Below, in pieces: positions 27,349-40,949 of a stretch of 64,000 bases of DNA. Each line of letters starts with the position of its first letter. The first letter of the stretch is position 1. The stretch is from Octopus sinensis (Eukaryota). Below the pieces are notes generated by a model. It searched no databases. It was not told the DNA's origin and was given only the letters and a program-made list of their open reading frames with translations. The DNA lies in NCBI RefSeq assembly GCF_006345805.1, contig NC_042997.1, forward strand, positions 13,392,001 to 13,456,000. Direction: 5' to 3'. The position numbers and the translations under genes are program-made.

Positions 27349-28330
27349 ATCGGGGAACATTCCAGATGTTTTGAGACATTTGAGGGTTGGTAGTTTTAAC
27401 TATCCAAGATTATTGTAATATTACTATATCATTGCTATACATCTAATAACCTAACATGTTGAACGAAACCGTAGTTACAGCAATTTGCGGAATGCAGTCG
27501 TTTAGATGGTTGCTATGCAATAATATTTTGTGTTAAACTGAGCAAAAACGCCACAGAACCTTATGAAAATATTATATCGTAATACTACACAGTGGCTGTG
27601 TAAGCACCGAAATCCTCGTCGCCACTGTTATGTGGCACGTTCGGATGCCTCTACTACTCTGCTCTAATCAACTTCTCTCCTGACGTCTAGGCTTCTCTCT
27701 CTATATCTACGTATTGGGCTCGCCTACTTCATCGTCTGGGGGCGTCCATACACAGAAAAGCTCCAAACTGCTTGAGCAAGAGGTTCTAGGACAGTAAAGA
27801 GGAGAAAATAGATGATGGAAGTTGTGGAAGGAGAGGAACATCGGAACATCTGAGCCAGTCGAAAAATTCGCAATTTTCTTGGCCTAATATCGTCTTGTAT
27901 CTACAAAAACGATAAGCATGCAGTTTGGAGTTACTGTGTCGACGGTATACAGAATTATCCATAGATATCTGAACATAGAAAAAATTTGTAGAAAGGTTGT
28001 TGCCGAGTGTGCATTGCAGAGCACCTCTGTAACTAACTTCTTGATCTTAGTTACATAAAAACTGTACCTCACCCTCCCTACTTTCTCCCTGTGACATTTG
28101 CTCGTCCTTCAGGCTGTAGGAGAACCTTGGAGGCAATCGATTTGAAGATGAATGAAGCTATGACAAGAGTCCTGGACGCCTTCATTTTGGAGGACTTCCA
28201 TGAGGCCTTCACGATGGCTGTATGAAGTCAGAGGATCATACATTGAAGGACATTAGAGATTATTTACTTCTTTGAAATTAATAAATTCCCTTCCTGAAAA
28301 CGTCTGAAACTCCTGGAATGTACCTTCTAT
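27349..28330 (+). mobile_element. Degenerate mariner transposon
   Basis: AIIFCVKLSKNATEPYEN at the N-terminus, GVTVSTVYRIIHRYL HTH, EAMTRVLDAF C-terminal remnant; imperfect inverted termini (acattccag core). Confidence 0.75.
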
Positions 28331-29363
28331 ATGAATGCTATAATTTTAAGAAGATAGTTGCTAGTGACACATTACCGAAACGCCCTTATAAAGTTTTGTT
28401 AATATTCATATATGTGTATATGTATGTGAATGTGATTAAACTTCCAATCGTGAAGCGAGTACACATGGTATATGGTACCGAAGTGTTTGTGCTCCATTGT
28501 TGTGCATTTATCTGTGTTAGTATATTCTGTGTGTGTGTGTGTGTGTTCGCGCGCAGGTGTGTGTGTTCGCGCGCAGATGTGTGCGATAATGCACGTGCTT
28601 TTAGCTCAGAAACCTCCAACAAAGAATCCCTGGTATATTTTGTAAAATTCCACTGCATTTCTAATCGAAGGATTTTGTCTTCTTTTGAGAGACCCTGTAT
28701 CATCAGGATTTTAGGCGAATCTGCTGCTAGATATCACAGTAGGTAGAAATGAAAAGTTACAGCCAACATATAAAAGTCGTAAGTTTCTCAATTGGTTTCC
28801 GTAGATATTCAACATTTCTCCTGTTAACGTATATTCACATCAGTAGTACACGACTTTTGACCCCTCCCCCATGGGACAATACTTGGGCCATTGTCTTTGC
28901 TCTGGGTTGGAATATTGTATTAGTATGCTTTGCTTTTAAGGCTTAAGTACATTTTGGTTCAAAAGCAACTCCAGTATGTCTGCCAGGACTATCAACCCTG
29001 TGCATAGTATTATAGACACTTTTAGTGACTGTGTGTAGTCTCATGGAAGGTAATATCTTGCGGACAATTGATTATGATAAGGATATTTTCTGCACTGGCA
29101 AGACATAATCACTATTTCAATCACAGTATGAGATCTTAAATGTATCCTAACCCCACTGGCTGATCGTGCATTCAGTAGATGGTTGCAGTTACAGGATGCA
29201 GTTGCCTAGTCCTCTAGGTGAGGAGTGATGCATTTATCACAAATCCAGCTGAGGCTACTAACGCGGAAATTTGAAGCCATACACAATGTTCTGCTGGTAT
29301 AAGGAGTATTTTTTCTTCCAAATCTCTAGTTAAGTAGATTAGTCAAGTTTTGTTTATATGAAA

Positions 29364-29688
29364 CCAGCAGTATCGCCCGGCGTTGCTCGGGTTTGTAAGG
29401 GAAATAACTATAAAGCATTTTTAGAAAGTTATAGCCAAAAATTAGCAAAAAAGAGAGTTACTTCCCTTGTATAATAGCGAAAAATGCAATAAAATGGAAA
29501 AAAATAATGGTAATTTTTTTTTTTAATCGTAGACTCATCGTCGACGCGCGCTAATACTCAGAAGGGCTCGGTATGAATCACGACTATAAGATACCCGGTT
29601 TTGGTTAAACTGCACCGCAAAATGTGGGAGTAGTTAGGAATCTAAATCGTAGGAGACAGACACACAACATCACTTTTATATATAAAGA
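29364..29688 (-). mobile_element. Non-autonomous Helitron
   Basis: 5' TC, subterminal hairpin cccg-agcaacgc-cggg, 3' CTGG, A|T target; homologous to the 46.9-kb and 55.0-kb copies. Confidence 0.85.
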
Positions 29689-30168
29689 TGTATCCTACCC
29701 ATGTCAACGTTCATTCTCGATCTTCATATTTTCTTCTTGTATTAATCACGGATATCTTCAAGTCCCCGATCAAATATCTGAGGAGTTGTTACTAGCACTG
29801 ATTCCTTGTGAGCAACAGTTTTATTAAATGGAAACCGTTCTAATTTCTGATACTTTCCGAAGTCAGCTCAAATATTCTTTAGCCAGTCAAACTTTAATGT
29901 CAGCAGCCTAAACTACATGCCCTGAACACTTCATTCCTATTCAGTCTTTTGACTTTCTCTCATCTGTTACCACATTACATGATATGTGCAATTTTTTGGC
30001 CCTGACGCTGAACAAACTATGATTTAATAATTACCAGTATACTCGCATGAAACTAATTCTTTCGTAATAAGAGCACTATAATATTAATGAGCGTAATTCA
30101 TCTACCAATGCGGAACTGATTACTGAAATTTAGTTCGTTCTTATATATACATGAGTATATATGTGTGT

Positions 30169-30236
<68 letters not shown>

Positions 30237-30390
30237 GTGTGTTGTGTGTGTGTGTGTGTGTGTGTGCGTGTGTGTGTATGTATTATACATGTATATATAT
30301 ATATATACAGATATATATATATATACATATATATGTATGTATATATATGTATATATATAGAGAGAGAGAGATATATGTACATATTTATAT

Positions 30391-30459
<69 letters not shown>

Positions 30460-30805
30460 GATATATATATATATATGTATATGTATAAATACATATATAT
30501 ATACATATATGTATATATATATATGTATATGTATGCATATGTATATACATTTGTGTACGTATGTATATATATATATGTTTGCATACATACATACATACCT
30601 ATATGTATACATATGTATATGTATATATCCAAAACTACTTGCATATATACAGACAGGTATATGACATGAAAGAGCGAGAATTTACTGCATGACTACTTCT
30701 AATCTTTAGTATTGCTACTGCTGATTATCTTGATGATATTATTGTTGTTGTTGTTGTTGTTGTTGTTGCTCTTGTTCTTGTTGCTGTTGTTCTTGTTGTA
30801 GTTGT

Positions 30806-31220
30806 TGCCTTTGCACAGCTTCAAACGCTGGAGATGTACTGCAGTGTCAACTGTTCACTACCAGTGAACCAAGGTAACACCTCTTATTTTTCGAGCACGT
30901 TCCGCAGTATTCGAGCGGTTCCAAGCAGTGCTGTTTTCTGCAAGTGCTCCACTCTTATTGCAGCCACAATTTGTTCCGCGTGCTTCTCGCGATTTTTGCT
31001 CACAGTTCCCATGGCTCCGACAATTTTTGGTACTACTGCTACCTTTTTCATCGACTACAACTGCTTAACTTCCCAAGCTAACCTGCCATATCTCTCGACT
31101 TTTCTTTCTCCCTTATCGCATACCTTGTCAGCTGGGCATGCTATATATATGATCCAGCATAATTCGTTTTCTTTCTCACTTAAGACTGTCCGTCTTCCTA
31201 TTCTCAATCACATGGTCGCA
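30806..31220 (-). mobile_element. R4/Dong-type RLE retrotransposon, 3' fragment (family alpha)
   Basis: LQKTALLGTARILRNVLEK* on the minus strand; ends at (TAT)n. Confidence 0.85.
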
Positions 31221-31221
31221 C

Positions 31222-31323
<102 letters not shown>

Positions 31324-31343
31324 CATAAATATTATTATTATTA

Positions 31344-31429
<86 letters not shown>

Positions 31430-31985
31430 GAGTGAGAGAGCAGTTCATGCCATCAAAGTGACACTGGGGTAAAATATACGAAGCCCAATATACCCATCAT
31501 GACTACCCGTCTGATAAAGGTACACCAGGCACATGCATCACAACCATATGTGCGCGACATGGTGATCTCATATCAAGATAAACAGCACATGACCTTGCAG
31601 GTGGAGCCCAGTTAGAATTTTCTTCAGGTTGAGTAGCCCATCCTGCTCAAAAGGTCCCTGAATAAGGGTTGCTTTAGGATGTTGAACGAAACACCTATGT
31701 TTCCAGAGGTGTATTATTCAAACCCCAAAGAATCCCTCTCAACACATGGCTATGATGCTCCCCCACTACTTCTGCTCGTGATCAGAGATGCACATATCGT
31801 CAGCCTCTAAGGGACATGCTCAACTGGTTAAGGCCAAACAACTGACAAGCAAATCTGTGGTATTGAGCAGAATATTTGCTGTAGCCCATCTTTTATACCA
31901 AGACAAAACAATGTACATGATAACACTTCCAATCAGTTAAGATCAGAAGCCATGAGAGCCACTGCCTGGTACTGCATCAGGGCAT
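31430..31985 (-). mobile_element. Non-autonomous element delta (about 555 bp, non-coding) in (TAA)n
   Basis: Flanked by TAT arrays; 3' end ctctctcactc(aat)n; truncated sister copy at 20.9 kb. Confidence 0.75.
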
Positions 31986-32056
31986 TTATTATTATTATTA
32001 TGATTATTATTATTATTATCGTTATTGATATTATTATTTTTATTATTATTATTATT

Positions 32057-32456
32057 CAGTAGTTTTATTTTTATAGCGTGCTTTCACTTCACTACCGAGC
32101 GCAGCTCTGTGTGCCTTGGGTATGTGCTGTGATTTGTTGTGATGCTCTGATGGTTATTGTATGGAAAGTGTTCTGCGTAGGATGTGTGCAGTGCCTAGTA
32201 GTGCAATTTTCTGTATGTTATATGTGTTTGTAAGTCCTGGTGTTTTTGTTATGTATTTGTCTGAATATTTTTTTATCATGCCTAATGCACCTACTATGAT
32301 AGGAATTGTTTCTGTTTTCAGATTCCACATTCTAGTTACCTCTATTTCCAAGTCTTTGTATTTTGAGAGTTTCTCCATTTCTTTTAGAGACACGTTGTCA
32401 TCTGCCGGTATTGATACATCACTTAGAAAGCATTTTTTTCCTTCATGATCTCTGAC
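32057..32456 (-). mobile_element. R4/Dong-type 3' fragment (family beta)
   Basis: EKLSKYKDLEIEVTRMWNLKTETIPIIVGALG...IALLGTAHILRRTLSIQ*. Confidence 0.85.
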
Positions 32457-32461
32457 AACTA

Positions 32462-32513
<52 letters not shown>

Positions 32514-32519
32514 ATTATA

Positions 32520-32575
<56 letters not shown>

Positions 32576-32604
32576 CATTATTAATATTATCATCATGATA
32601 ATCA

Positions 32605-35040
32605 TTACCTTTCCACAGCTTCTAATGCTGGAGATGTACTACGGTGTCAGCTTTTTACTTCCAATGAACTAAGGTAACACTTCATATTTTTCGAGCACCT
32701 TCCGGAGTATTCGAGCAGTTTCAAGCAGTGCTATTTTCAGCAAGTGCTCCACCCTTATTGCAGCCCCTATTCCTTCCATGCACTTCTCACGATTTTTACA
32801 TATTATTCCCAGGGCTCCGACAATTATTGGTACTACTACCACCTTTTGCATCGATCACAAATGCTTAACTTCCCAAACTAACTAGTCATATCTATCGACT
32901 TTTCTTTCTTCCTTATTGAAACATTGTTGTTGGTTGGGCATGCTATATCTATGATCTAGCATCGTTAGCTTTCTTTCTTAATTAAGACTGTGTCTGGCTA
33001 CCTATTCTCTATCTCATGGTCGCAATGAATCATAAAATCCCACCGGCTTTTTGCGTTATCATTTTCGATGATGCCTTCGGGTGTGTAGTCGTACTAATTT
33101 TTGGCTCTGTCAAGTCTATACTTGTTGCAAAGTGTCCAATGGACAAACTGGCTATATTGTGGTGACGTTTCTTATATTCTTTCTAGTTTAGTGGCTGGTA
33201 ATATGACATACGGTTTCACCGTTTTGTCCAAAGATTCCGCACTTATCACTTTCTGATTTGTTATCTATTCTGTATTTTATGAAATTTGTTCTTAGTGCTT
33301 GCTCTTGGGCAGTACAGATTAGTTTCTAGCTTTAAATTATTTTTAATCATCCAAAGCCATCTTTTTTCTCTGTCTATCTTATTTTCAACATTCCTATAAA
33401 TTGTCCATGCAATGTTTTCTTTACACACCTTTTTTCACTTTCATTCGTTTTAATTGCTTGTACAGTGCTTTATCCTTGCAATCTTTCATCCTACACAAGC
33501 CTGACCCTCTTACTTCTAATAATAGCGGTTCTGTGGCATTTTTTATGTTGTTTTTCTTCTGCTCTAATGCTGTGTTCGTTTCCAATAATTACTATTATCC
33601 CTCTTTTTCTTGGTACATACAGTCTGTCTGTGTCACTTTTTGGGTGGAGTGTCCGATATCTAATTAGCAGCTTCCTTGCCTTTCTGTCTAAGCTGTTTAG
33701 TTCGTCTACTGTCCATGCGATTACCCCTGCTGCGTATCTAAAGTGTGAAACCGCACAGGTGCTGATAGCTTCAATCTTATTCCGTCCGTTTAATTTCGAT
33801 TTAAGGATCAGTCTCCGTCTGCGCAAGTACTCCACCTTAAATTTTTCTGTCATTTCTTTCTCCATCAATTTATTCATTTCGTCTCTTCTATCTGCTTTAT
33901 AACCTCCTCCGACGGTATCGATAGCCCGTCCATGCATGTGATTTTGCCTCTCTTCAAGTCTAACACACAGTCTGAACTCCATTCTGATATCAGCACTGAA
34001 ACTATACACCGTATCAACGAGGGAACTGACCTGGGCTTCCTCTTTACCATAAAGTTTAGGTCATCCACGAATAACAAATGGTTGACTTTTTGTTGGCGGT
34101 TTTTGAATACATACCCAGCTTTTGTTGTCCTCAGAATCAGTGTTAGTGGTATCAAGCACAGTACTATCCCTAACTCTAACCCTAACCCTTGGAAGATGCC
34201 CCTCCTGATTTCTACTGTCCCTAAACTTCTTCCGTATACTGTCAGGTCCGTTCTCCAATTCGCCATACTTTTTCCAAGCAATCGGTCAATATTCGATGCA
34301 ATACCAAATAGGTTCATACATTCCATTATCCAAGAATGTGGGATCATATCGTTCGTCTTACGACAGTCGATCCATGACAAGGCTAATTTACTTTTCCTCC
34401 TTTTGCAGTCTCTAAGTACCGTTTTGTCTATCAGGAGTTGATCCTTGGTACCTCTGCACTTACGTTTGCAACCCTTCTGCTCATGTGGCAGGACTCCATT
34501 TTTCTCCAGATGTCCATACATTGACTGTACGACTATTCCTGTCAATAATTTCCACATAAATGGTAAACAGGATATCGTCCTGTAATTGTCTACCGTATTG
34601 CCTTTCTCGATTTCTTTCAAGCACAGCACTGTCTTACCCAGAGTCAACCACTCTGGTGTTACTTGGTCGGCATTTAACAAGGTTTTGAGTTGCGTAACTA
34701 TTCATACATGACATTCGCCAAATCTTTTGATCCAGTAGCCTTGAACTCCATCTGGTCCCACGGCCTTACTGTTGCTCATTTTTTTTTTACTGATTTCGTT
34801 CACTGCCTTAACTGAAATGACTAATTCAGCCTATTTGGGGCAAACTACTGTTTATTTCAGTTCTTGCAACCATTCACTATCCCTGACATTGCTCTAGATG
34901 TCACTCCAAATCTTTGACTTTCAATGTTATCTAATATCAACTTTTCATCTGTACACCCTCCATTTATTTCTTTATAGAATATCTTCTTATCTACTCTGAA
35001 TAACCTATTTTGGTGATGAGCCTTCATTCTTTGGTCGTTT
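32605..35040 (-). mobile_element. R4/Dong-type retrotransposon (RT plus RLE), pseudogenised, family alpha
   Basis: GPDGVQGYW; [16 protein letters not shown]; EQKGC....[10 protein letters not shown]; WID.RK..D.IPHSW; RRGIFQG; NHLLFVDDL; VVVPIIVGALG. Confidence 0.92.
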
Positions 35041-35074
35041 CTTCTTCTTCTTCTTCTTATAATTATTATTATTA

Positions 35075-35277
35075 CTTTTTTTTTCTTCTTTCAAATTTGC
35101 TTCCATTTCTTGCCGAGTGTCTTCCCGACTCCTAGGGCAAAGAAACTCATAGTATACATTGGTAGGCCATTAAACCAAACTCAATAGTTCGTTCATTTTT
35201 TTTTTTTTTAAGTTAAATTAAAATACATGAGCAGCAACAGTTCTCACATCGACAATGCTCTTCTCAATACGTGTGAT
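35075..35277 (-). mobile_element. 3' end of a third R4-type family (gamma)
   Basis: Minus strand cacgtattgagaagagcattgtcgatgtga = HVLRRALSM*, like the alpha and beta C-termini, then a 3' UTR. Confidence 0.6.
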
Positions 35278-35286
35278 TTATTATTA

Positions 35287-35343
<57 letters not shown>

Positions 35344-35346
<3 letters not shown>

Positions 35347-35677
35347 TAGTTTTATTTTTATAGCGTGCTTTCACTTCACTACCGAGAACAGCTCTGTGTG
35401 CCTTGGGTATGCGCTGTGATTTGTTGTGATGCTCTGATGGTTATTGTATGGAAAGTGTTCTGCGTAGGATGTGTGCAGTGCCTAGTAGTGCAATTTTCTG
35501 TATGTTATATGTGTTTGTAAGTCCTGGTGTTTTTGTTATGTATTTGTCTGAATATTTTTTTATCATGCTTAATGCACCTACTATGATAGGAATTGTTTCT
35601 GTTTTTAGATTCCACATTCTGGTTACCTCTATTTCCAGGTCTTTGTATTTTGAAAGTTTTTCCATTTCTTTTAGAGA
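35344..35677 (-). mobile_element. R4/Dong-type 3' fragment (family beta)
   Basis: Near-identical to 32057-32390. Confidence 0.85.
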
Positions 35678-35691
35678 ATATTATTATTATT

Positions 35692-36023
35692 CAGTAGTTT
35701 TATTTTTATAGCGTGCTTTCACTTCACTACCGAGAGCAGCCCTGTGTGCCTTGGGTATGTGCTGTGATTTGTTGTGATGCTCTGATGGTTATTGTATGGA
35801 AAGTGTTCTGCGTAGGATGTGTGCAGTGCTTAGTAGTGCAATTTTCTGTATGTTATGTGTTTGTAAGTCCTGGTGTTTTTGTTATGTATTTGTCTGAATA
35901 TTTTTTTATCATGCTTAATGCACCTACTATGATAGGAATTGTTTCTGTTTTCAGATTCCACATTCTGGTTACCTCTATTTCCAGGTCTTTGTATTTTGAA
36001 AGTTTTTCCATTTCTTTTAGAGA
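35692..36023 (-). mobile_element. R4/Dong-type 3' fragment (family beta), tandem copy
   Basis: Near-identical to 35344-35677 with the same truncation point. Confidence 0.85.
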
Positions 36024-36024
36024 A

Positions 36025-36118
<94 letters not shown>

Positions 36119-36154
36119 TTAATGATGATGATGATGGTGATGGTGATGGTGATG

Positions 36155-36200
<46 letters not shown>
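36024..36200. repeat. (TAT)n followed by (GAT)n
   Basis: Read directly. Confidence 0.95.
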
Positions 36201-36201
<1 letters not shown>

Positions 36202-36475
36202 AATTTCTTTTAAATTCTTTTTGACAAGAACAAAATAAACAATGAATGTTCCGTGTATTGTTGTTATGCGTTTATTACCGTTTGTTAGCAGGGGTGACGC
36301 TTGTGGAAACCGGTGTTACGTTTCAAACAAAGCAGTTTTTGACTTTACTCACTTCAGTTCCATAGTTGTTTCTAAAGACATTTGGGCTGTTTTCCTTTGC
36401 TTTGTAGTGTTCTTTATTATCATTATTATGTATTCTTTATTATTATTATGTATTCTTTATTATTATTATGTATTC

Positions 36476-36540
<65 letters not shown>

Positions 36541-37296
36541 GCTTTTTTTAAACACCCGTGTTTTTTCTTCATTTTTTTTTCATTTCTTTTTACAAAATCA
36601 TTCTTCCTCTTATTCTAAATTTTTATCCCTTTTATTCAATCTCATTTGTTACTTTGCTTTATCCAATAACTAGCTATTGTTTTCAATTTGTATTTAATTC
36701 TAATTATTTCAATCTTTTACTGTTATTTATTATTTTTTCTCCTTTTAATGTTGTTCTGGATTGTTTACTATTGTTTTGTTTAGATATATTTTTTATTATT
36801 GATGTTGTGGTTGATTCTGTTGTAGTGTTTTATTATTCCTCATCCTTTCAACCTTTTATTTGTTTATTTTACATGTTCCTTACATTTTTTGGACATTTTT
36901 TTAATATATTTCTTCTTCGTTTTTTTGTTTATTTGTTTTTCTTCTATTCCTTTCTTTCTAGAATCTTTACTATGTCTTTGTTTTCTCGTCTTTTCCTTCT
37001 TTCCCCTTCACCATTACCTCCACTGCTACGAAAATACTACTACCACCAACATCAACACTACCCTCGTCACTTAACTCTACTAAAATCACTGCCTCTACCA
37101 CCATCATTATCATAAACATTAATATAATAATAAGAGAAACGTGAAGAAAAGAAATAAGAAGGAAGAAGAAGAAGAAGAAGAAGAAGAAGATGAATATAAG
37201 GAAGAAGAAAAAGAACGACAACAACAATTATTATTATTATTATTATTATCATTATTATTATTATTATTATTATTACTATTATTATTATTATTATTA

Positions 37297-37327
<31 letters not shown>

Positions 37328-38579
37328 TCCTACGTACTTTTCACTTGTACTTCTGCTTCTTTTTCTTTTCCATCGTCTCTGTTCCCTTTTCTGTTGTATT
37401 CCTTGCCCTAAAATGATATTTTTGTAAATACTATTACTAATAATAACAACAACAACAACAACAACAAGGGTAATACCAACAACAACAACAACAGCGGAAG
37501 AGAAAAAAAATCTCTAGTACCAGTCAAATGAAATACAAGCAAGCGAAATAAACAAAAGGCAGGAGAGATATCACAAAATGTTAACATCCATGACAGGCTA
37601 AAATCGTTCGATAACAATTGCCAAGTAATGATAACAAACAGCTTTGGTGTCAATCTGAGATATTTGTGGATATGAATACAGATTCCTGACCCCCAACTTA
37701 ACCTCTTCAACTCCTCGCTTTCTCTCTCTCGCTCTCTCCTTCTCTTACTGTATTCTCTGCCTTTCTCCTTCCTTTCCTATTACTGTCCCCTTATATCTCC
37801 CTCTATCTCCATTTGTCTTTGTGTGTACGCTGTACTTTCTCTTTCTGATATGGTGTTTCCCCATATTACTTCGGTGCATTAGTAAAGTTTTGAAATAATT
37901 ATCAGTTGCCGCGCACTACATTACACTAAAGCAAGCACGGCCCGTCGGCCTTTTCGTGTTTTAAACAAAAGTCTTCCATCAATGATCTAATTAACAATTT
38001 TGTTGATAATTGACGCAAAACAAAAACAAAAATCAAATACTTCAAATAAAATTAAACAAATATAAAAAGAAATTAGATACCCCGGGAGGAGGAGAAGAAA
38101 ATAAAATGAAGGAGGAGGAGGAGGAGGAGGAGAAGAAGAAGAAGAAGAAGAAGAAGAAGAAGAAGAAGAAGAAGAAGAGAGAGAGAGCGGGGTCTGGTAT
38201 TGCTCTGTTTGGGTTTGTTTTTAAAGTCAATTTCATATCTCCTTTTGTTGTTATAATTCCACCGCATCAGCAATATGGCGGCGACACCCCCAACGACCAA
38301 TACGCCACCATCAACGACACTGCCACCATCACCACCTTCTTGCCGTCGCGGTGGTTGTCATTTTCGTTATCGTCACGTTTATACATTATTTCCACCAGCA
38401 TCATCCCCGCCATCATCATCTCAACCACGACCACTAACACCTTCACTACCATCAACATCAACATCATTAACATCATCATTGTAACTATCATAATCGTCGT
38501 CATCGTCATCACTATCACCTATACATCATTATCATCATCTCCATTTTGACCATTCCCAGTATTATGATCACCAGCGGGA

Positions 38580-38614
38580 CTTCTTCTCTTTCTTCTTCTT
38601 CTTCTTCTTCTTCA

Positions 38615-38645
<31 letters not shown>

Positions 38646-39157
38646 CTTCTTCTTCTTCTTCTTCTTCAGCTTCTTCTTCTTCCTCTTCTTCTTCTTCTTC
38701 AGCTTCTTCTACTTCTTCTTCTTCTTCAACTTCTTCTACTTCTTCTACTTCTTCTACTTCTTCTACTTCTTCTACTTCTTCTCTTTCTTCAGCTTCTTCT
38801 CTTTCTTCAGCTTCTTCTTCTTTTTCTTCTTCTTCTTCTTCTTCTTCTTCTTCTTCTTCTTTCTTCTCTTCTTCTCTTTTTTCAACTATTTCTTTTTCTT
38901 CAACTACTTCTTTTTCTTCAATTTCTTCTTTTTCTTCAATTTCTTCTTTTTCTTCAATTTCTTCTTCTTCTACTTCTTCTACTTCTTCTCTTTTTTCAAC
39001 TTCTTCTTCTTCTTCTACTGCTTCTCTTTCTTCAACTTCTTCTTTTTCTTCAACTTCTTCTTCTTCTTCTACTTCTCTTTTATCGACTTCTTCTCTTTCT
39101 TCAATTTCTTCTTCTTCTCTTATTATTATTATTATTCTTATTCTTCCTCTTCTTCTT

Positions 39158-39190
<33 letters not shown>

Positions 39191-39330
39191 TCACTACTAC
39201 TACTACTACAACTACTACTACTTTCACTACTACTACTACTACAACTACTACTACTTCCTTTTCTTCCACTTCTCCTTTCTCTTCTCCTTCTCTTTCTCTT
39301 CCTTCCCCCTCTTTCTCCTGCAGTATCACC
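38580..39330. repeat. Degenerate (TTC)n/(CTA)n trinucleotide array with higher-order units
   Basis: ttcttc, ttcttctac and ttcttcaat units; source of the 337-aa and 333-aa low-complexity ORFs. Confidence 0.9.
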
Positions 39331-39748
39331 TTCCCGCATTCTTCTAATATCCATACAAGATCGCTCTTCCGTCCCATTATTTCGGGTTTTTTCATCATGC
39401 ACAATCTTCTTGCTCTCTCCAGAATGTTCTCTTTCCTCTTTCACTTTCACTTTCGCATCTCCATCTACTTCGTCCTTTTTCCCAGCTTCTGTTTCTGTTT
39501 TTTTTTTCAGACCAACACCACCAGACATTCATTCATTCTTCCATTGATGTTTCTCCTTTTCTTTCCTCTCCTCTTTCATTCATAGGTAATTTCCACGTCT
39601 TTGTTTCGCTTCATTCATTCAATGATGTTGCTATTATTTCTTTCGTCGACCCACTTCACCCTTACACCACAACACAATTTCATCGTATGTGCAGAAACAC
39701 ACACACACACATATTCATACACACACACACACATAGCACCACCACCCC

Positions 39749-39788
<40 letters not shown>

Positions 39789-40144
39789 ACATACGCACTT
39801 ATACATAATCAAAGTCCCAGTTCTCCTAAAACATTGTACTCATTCTCATTCTCTTACAAACAATGTGTACTGTTTTCTTCATCGACTGCGACGTTCTCTT
39901 AAAGTCAGTCAGCCACCACAACTGCCACCACTACCACCACGACGAACACCATATCATCATCATCATCATCGTCGTCATTATTATTATGAAAGTTATTATT
40001 CATGTTGTTGACTCTCATTACCGTTGTTGATTCTGTTGATGTTTCTTATTGACTGTAGTTGAGATATCATTGTGAAGTTCTCTACCATTGTTTTATTCGT
40101 GTTATTATTAACAGTTGTTTTTGTGGTTGTTATTATTATTATTA

Positions 40145-40190
<46 letters not shown>

Positions 40191-40949
40191 GTGCGAGATA
40201 ATTTCTTCTCGCATTATTTCTTGTTTAACATTGTTTCCAGAGTCGGCTAATCCGTATTTTGTTTTTTTCAGTTCTTTGTGCCTTTCGCTAATATATCTTT
40301 ATTATTATTATTTTTTTGTTTTTATCTTTTGGTTGTAATTCCTATTTCATTTTATTATTTTCCTTTACAATTTTTTTTTAAATATTCTCTCACCAGCTAT
40401 CTTTTGTATATAAATCTTGCTTAAACAATGGGAAACGATCCTTTAAACTAAATGAAAAATAACAATACTGTATTCGGGAAAAGTCTGCATCTTTTGCGTT
40501 TTTCTTTGCATTGAAATCTAGATCATTTTTTTTTCTACTCTATCCATTGAAATTTTCTGCATAACAACAATAAAAAGAGCAATAACAAAAACAATCAAAT
40601 AGATTTCTTTTCATGCGTCTCATGTCAAATTTTTATAGTGAAATTCAGTACATTTGATTGAATCGAACCCATTATTTATCATTCACGTTAAAAGTTATTG
40701 ACCCTCCAAGGGATGAAATCGGAGGTTTGTAAGCCGAGTTAGATTAAAAACGAAGCAGTGAGGAACTGAAGTAAATAATGCAAAGCATCTAGTAATGTAT
40801 TTAGTTCATCCCAGTAACAGTCAGAAATGAATGAATATCAATATCATCGACAGAATACTAAGTTATATTGTTTAATAAGTTAAGGAGTTGAGCATTCGAT
40901 TGGTGAAGGCGATGTGACAGATTTTCAGGTTTAATATTTGTACGTCGAA

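Noticed and set aside
28860-29330. PHGTILGPL resembling the RT QG..LGP motif
   Set aside because: Single motif; surrounding sequence too decayed to define an element
36405-36485. 20-bp unit gtattctttattattattat repeated about four times
   Set aside because: Slippage derivative of (TAT)n; no unique spacers, not CRISPR-like
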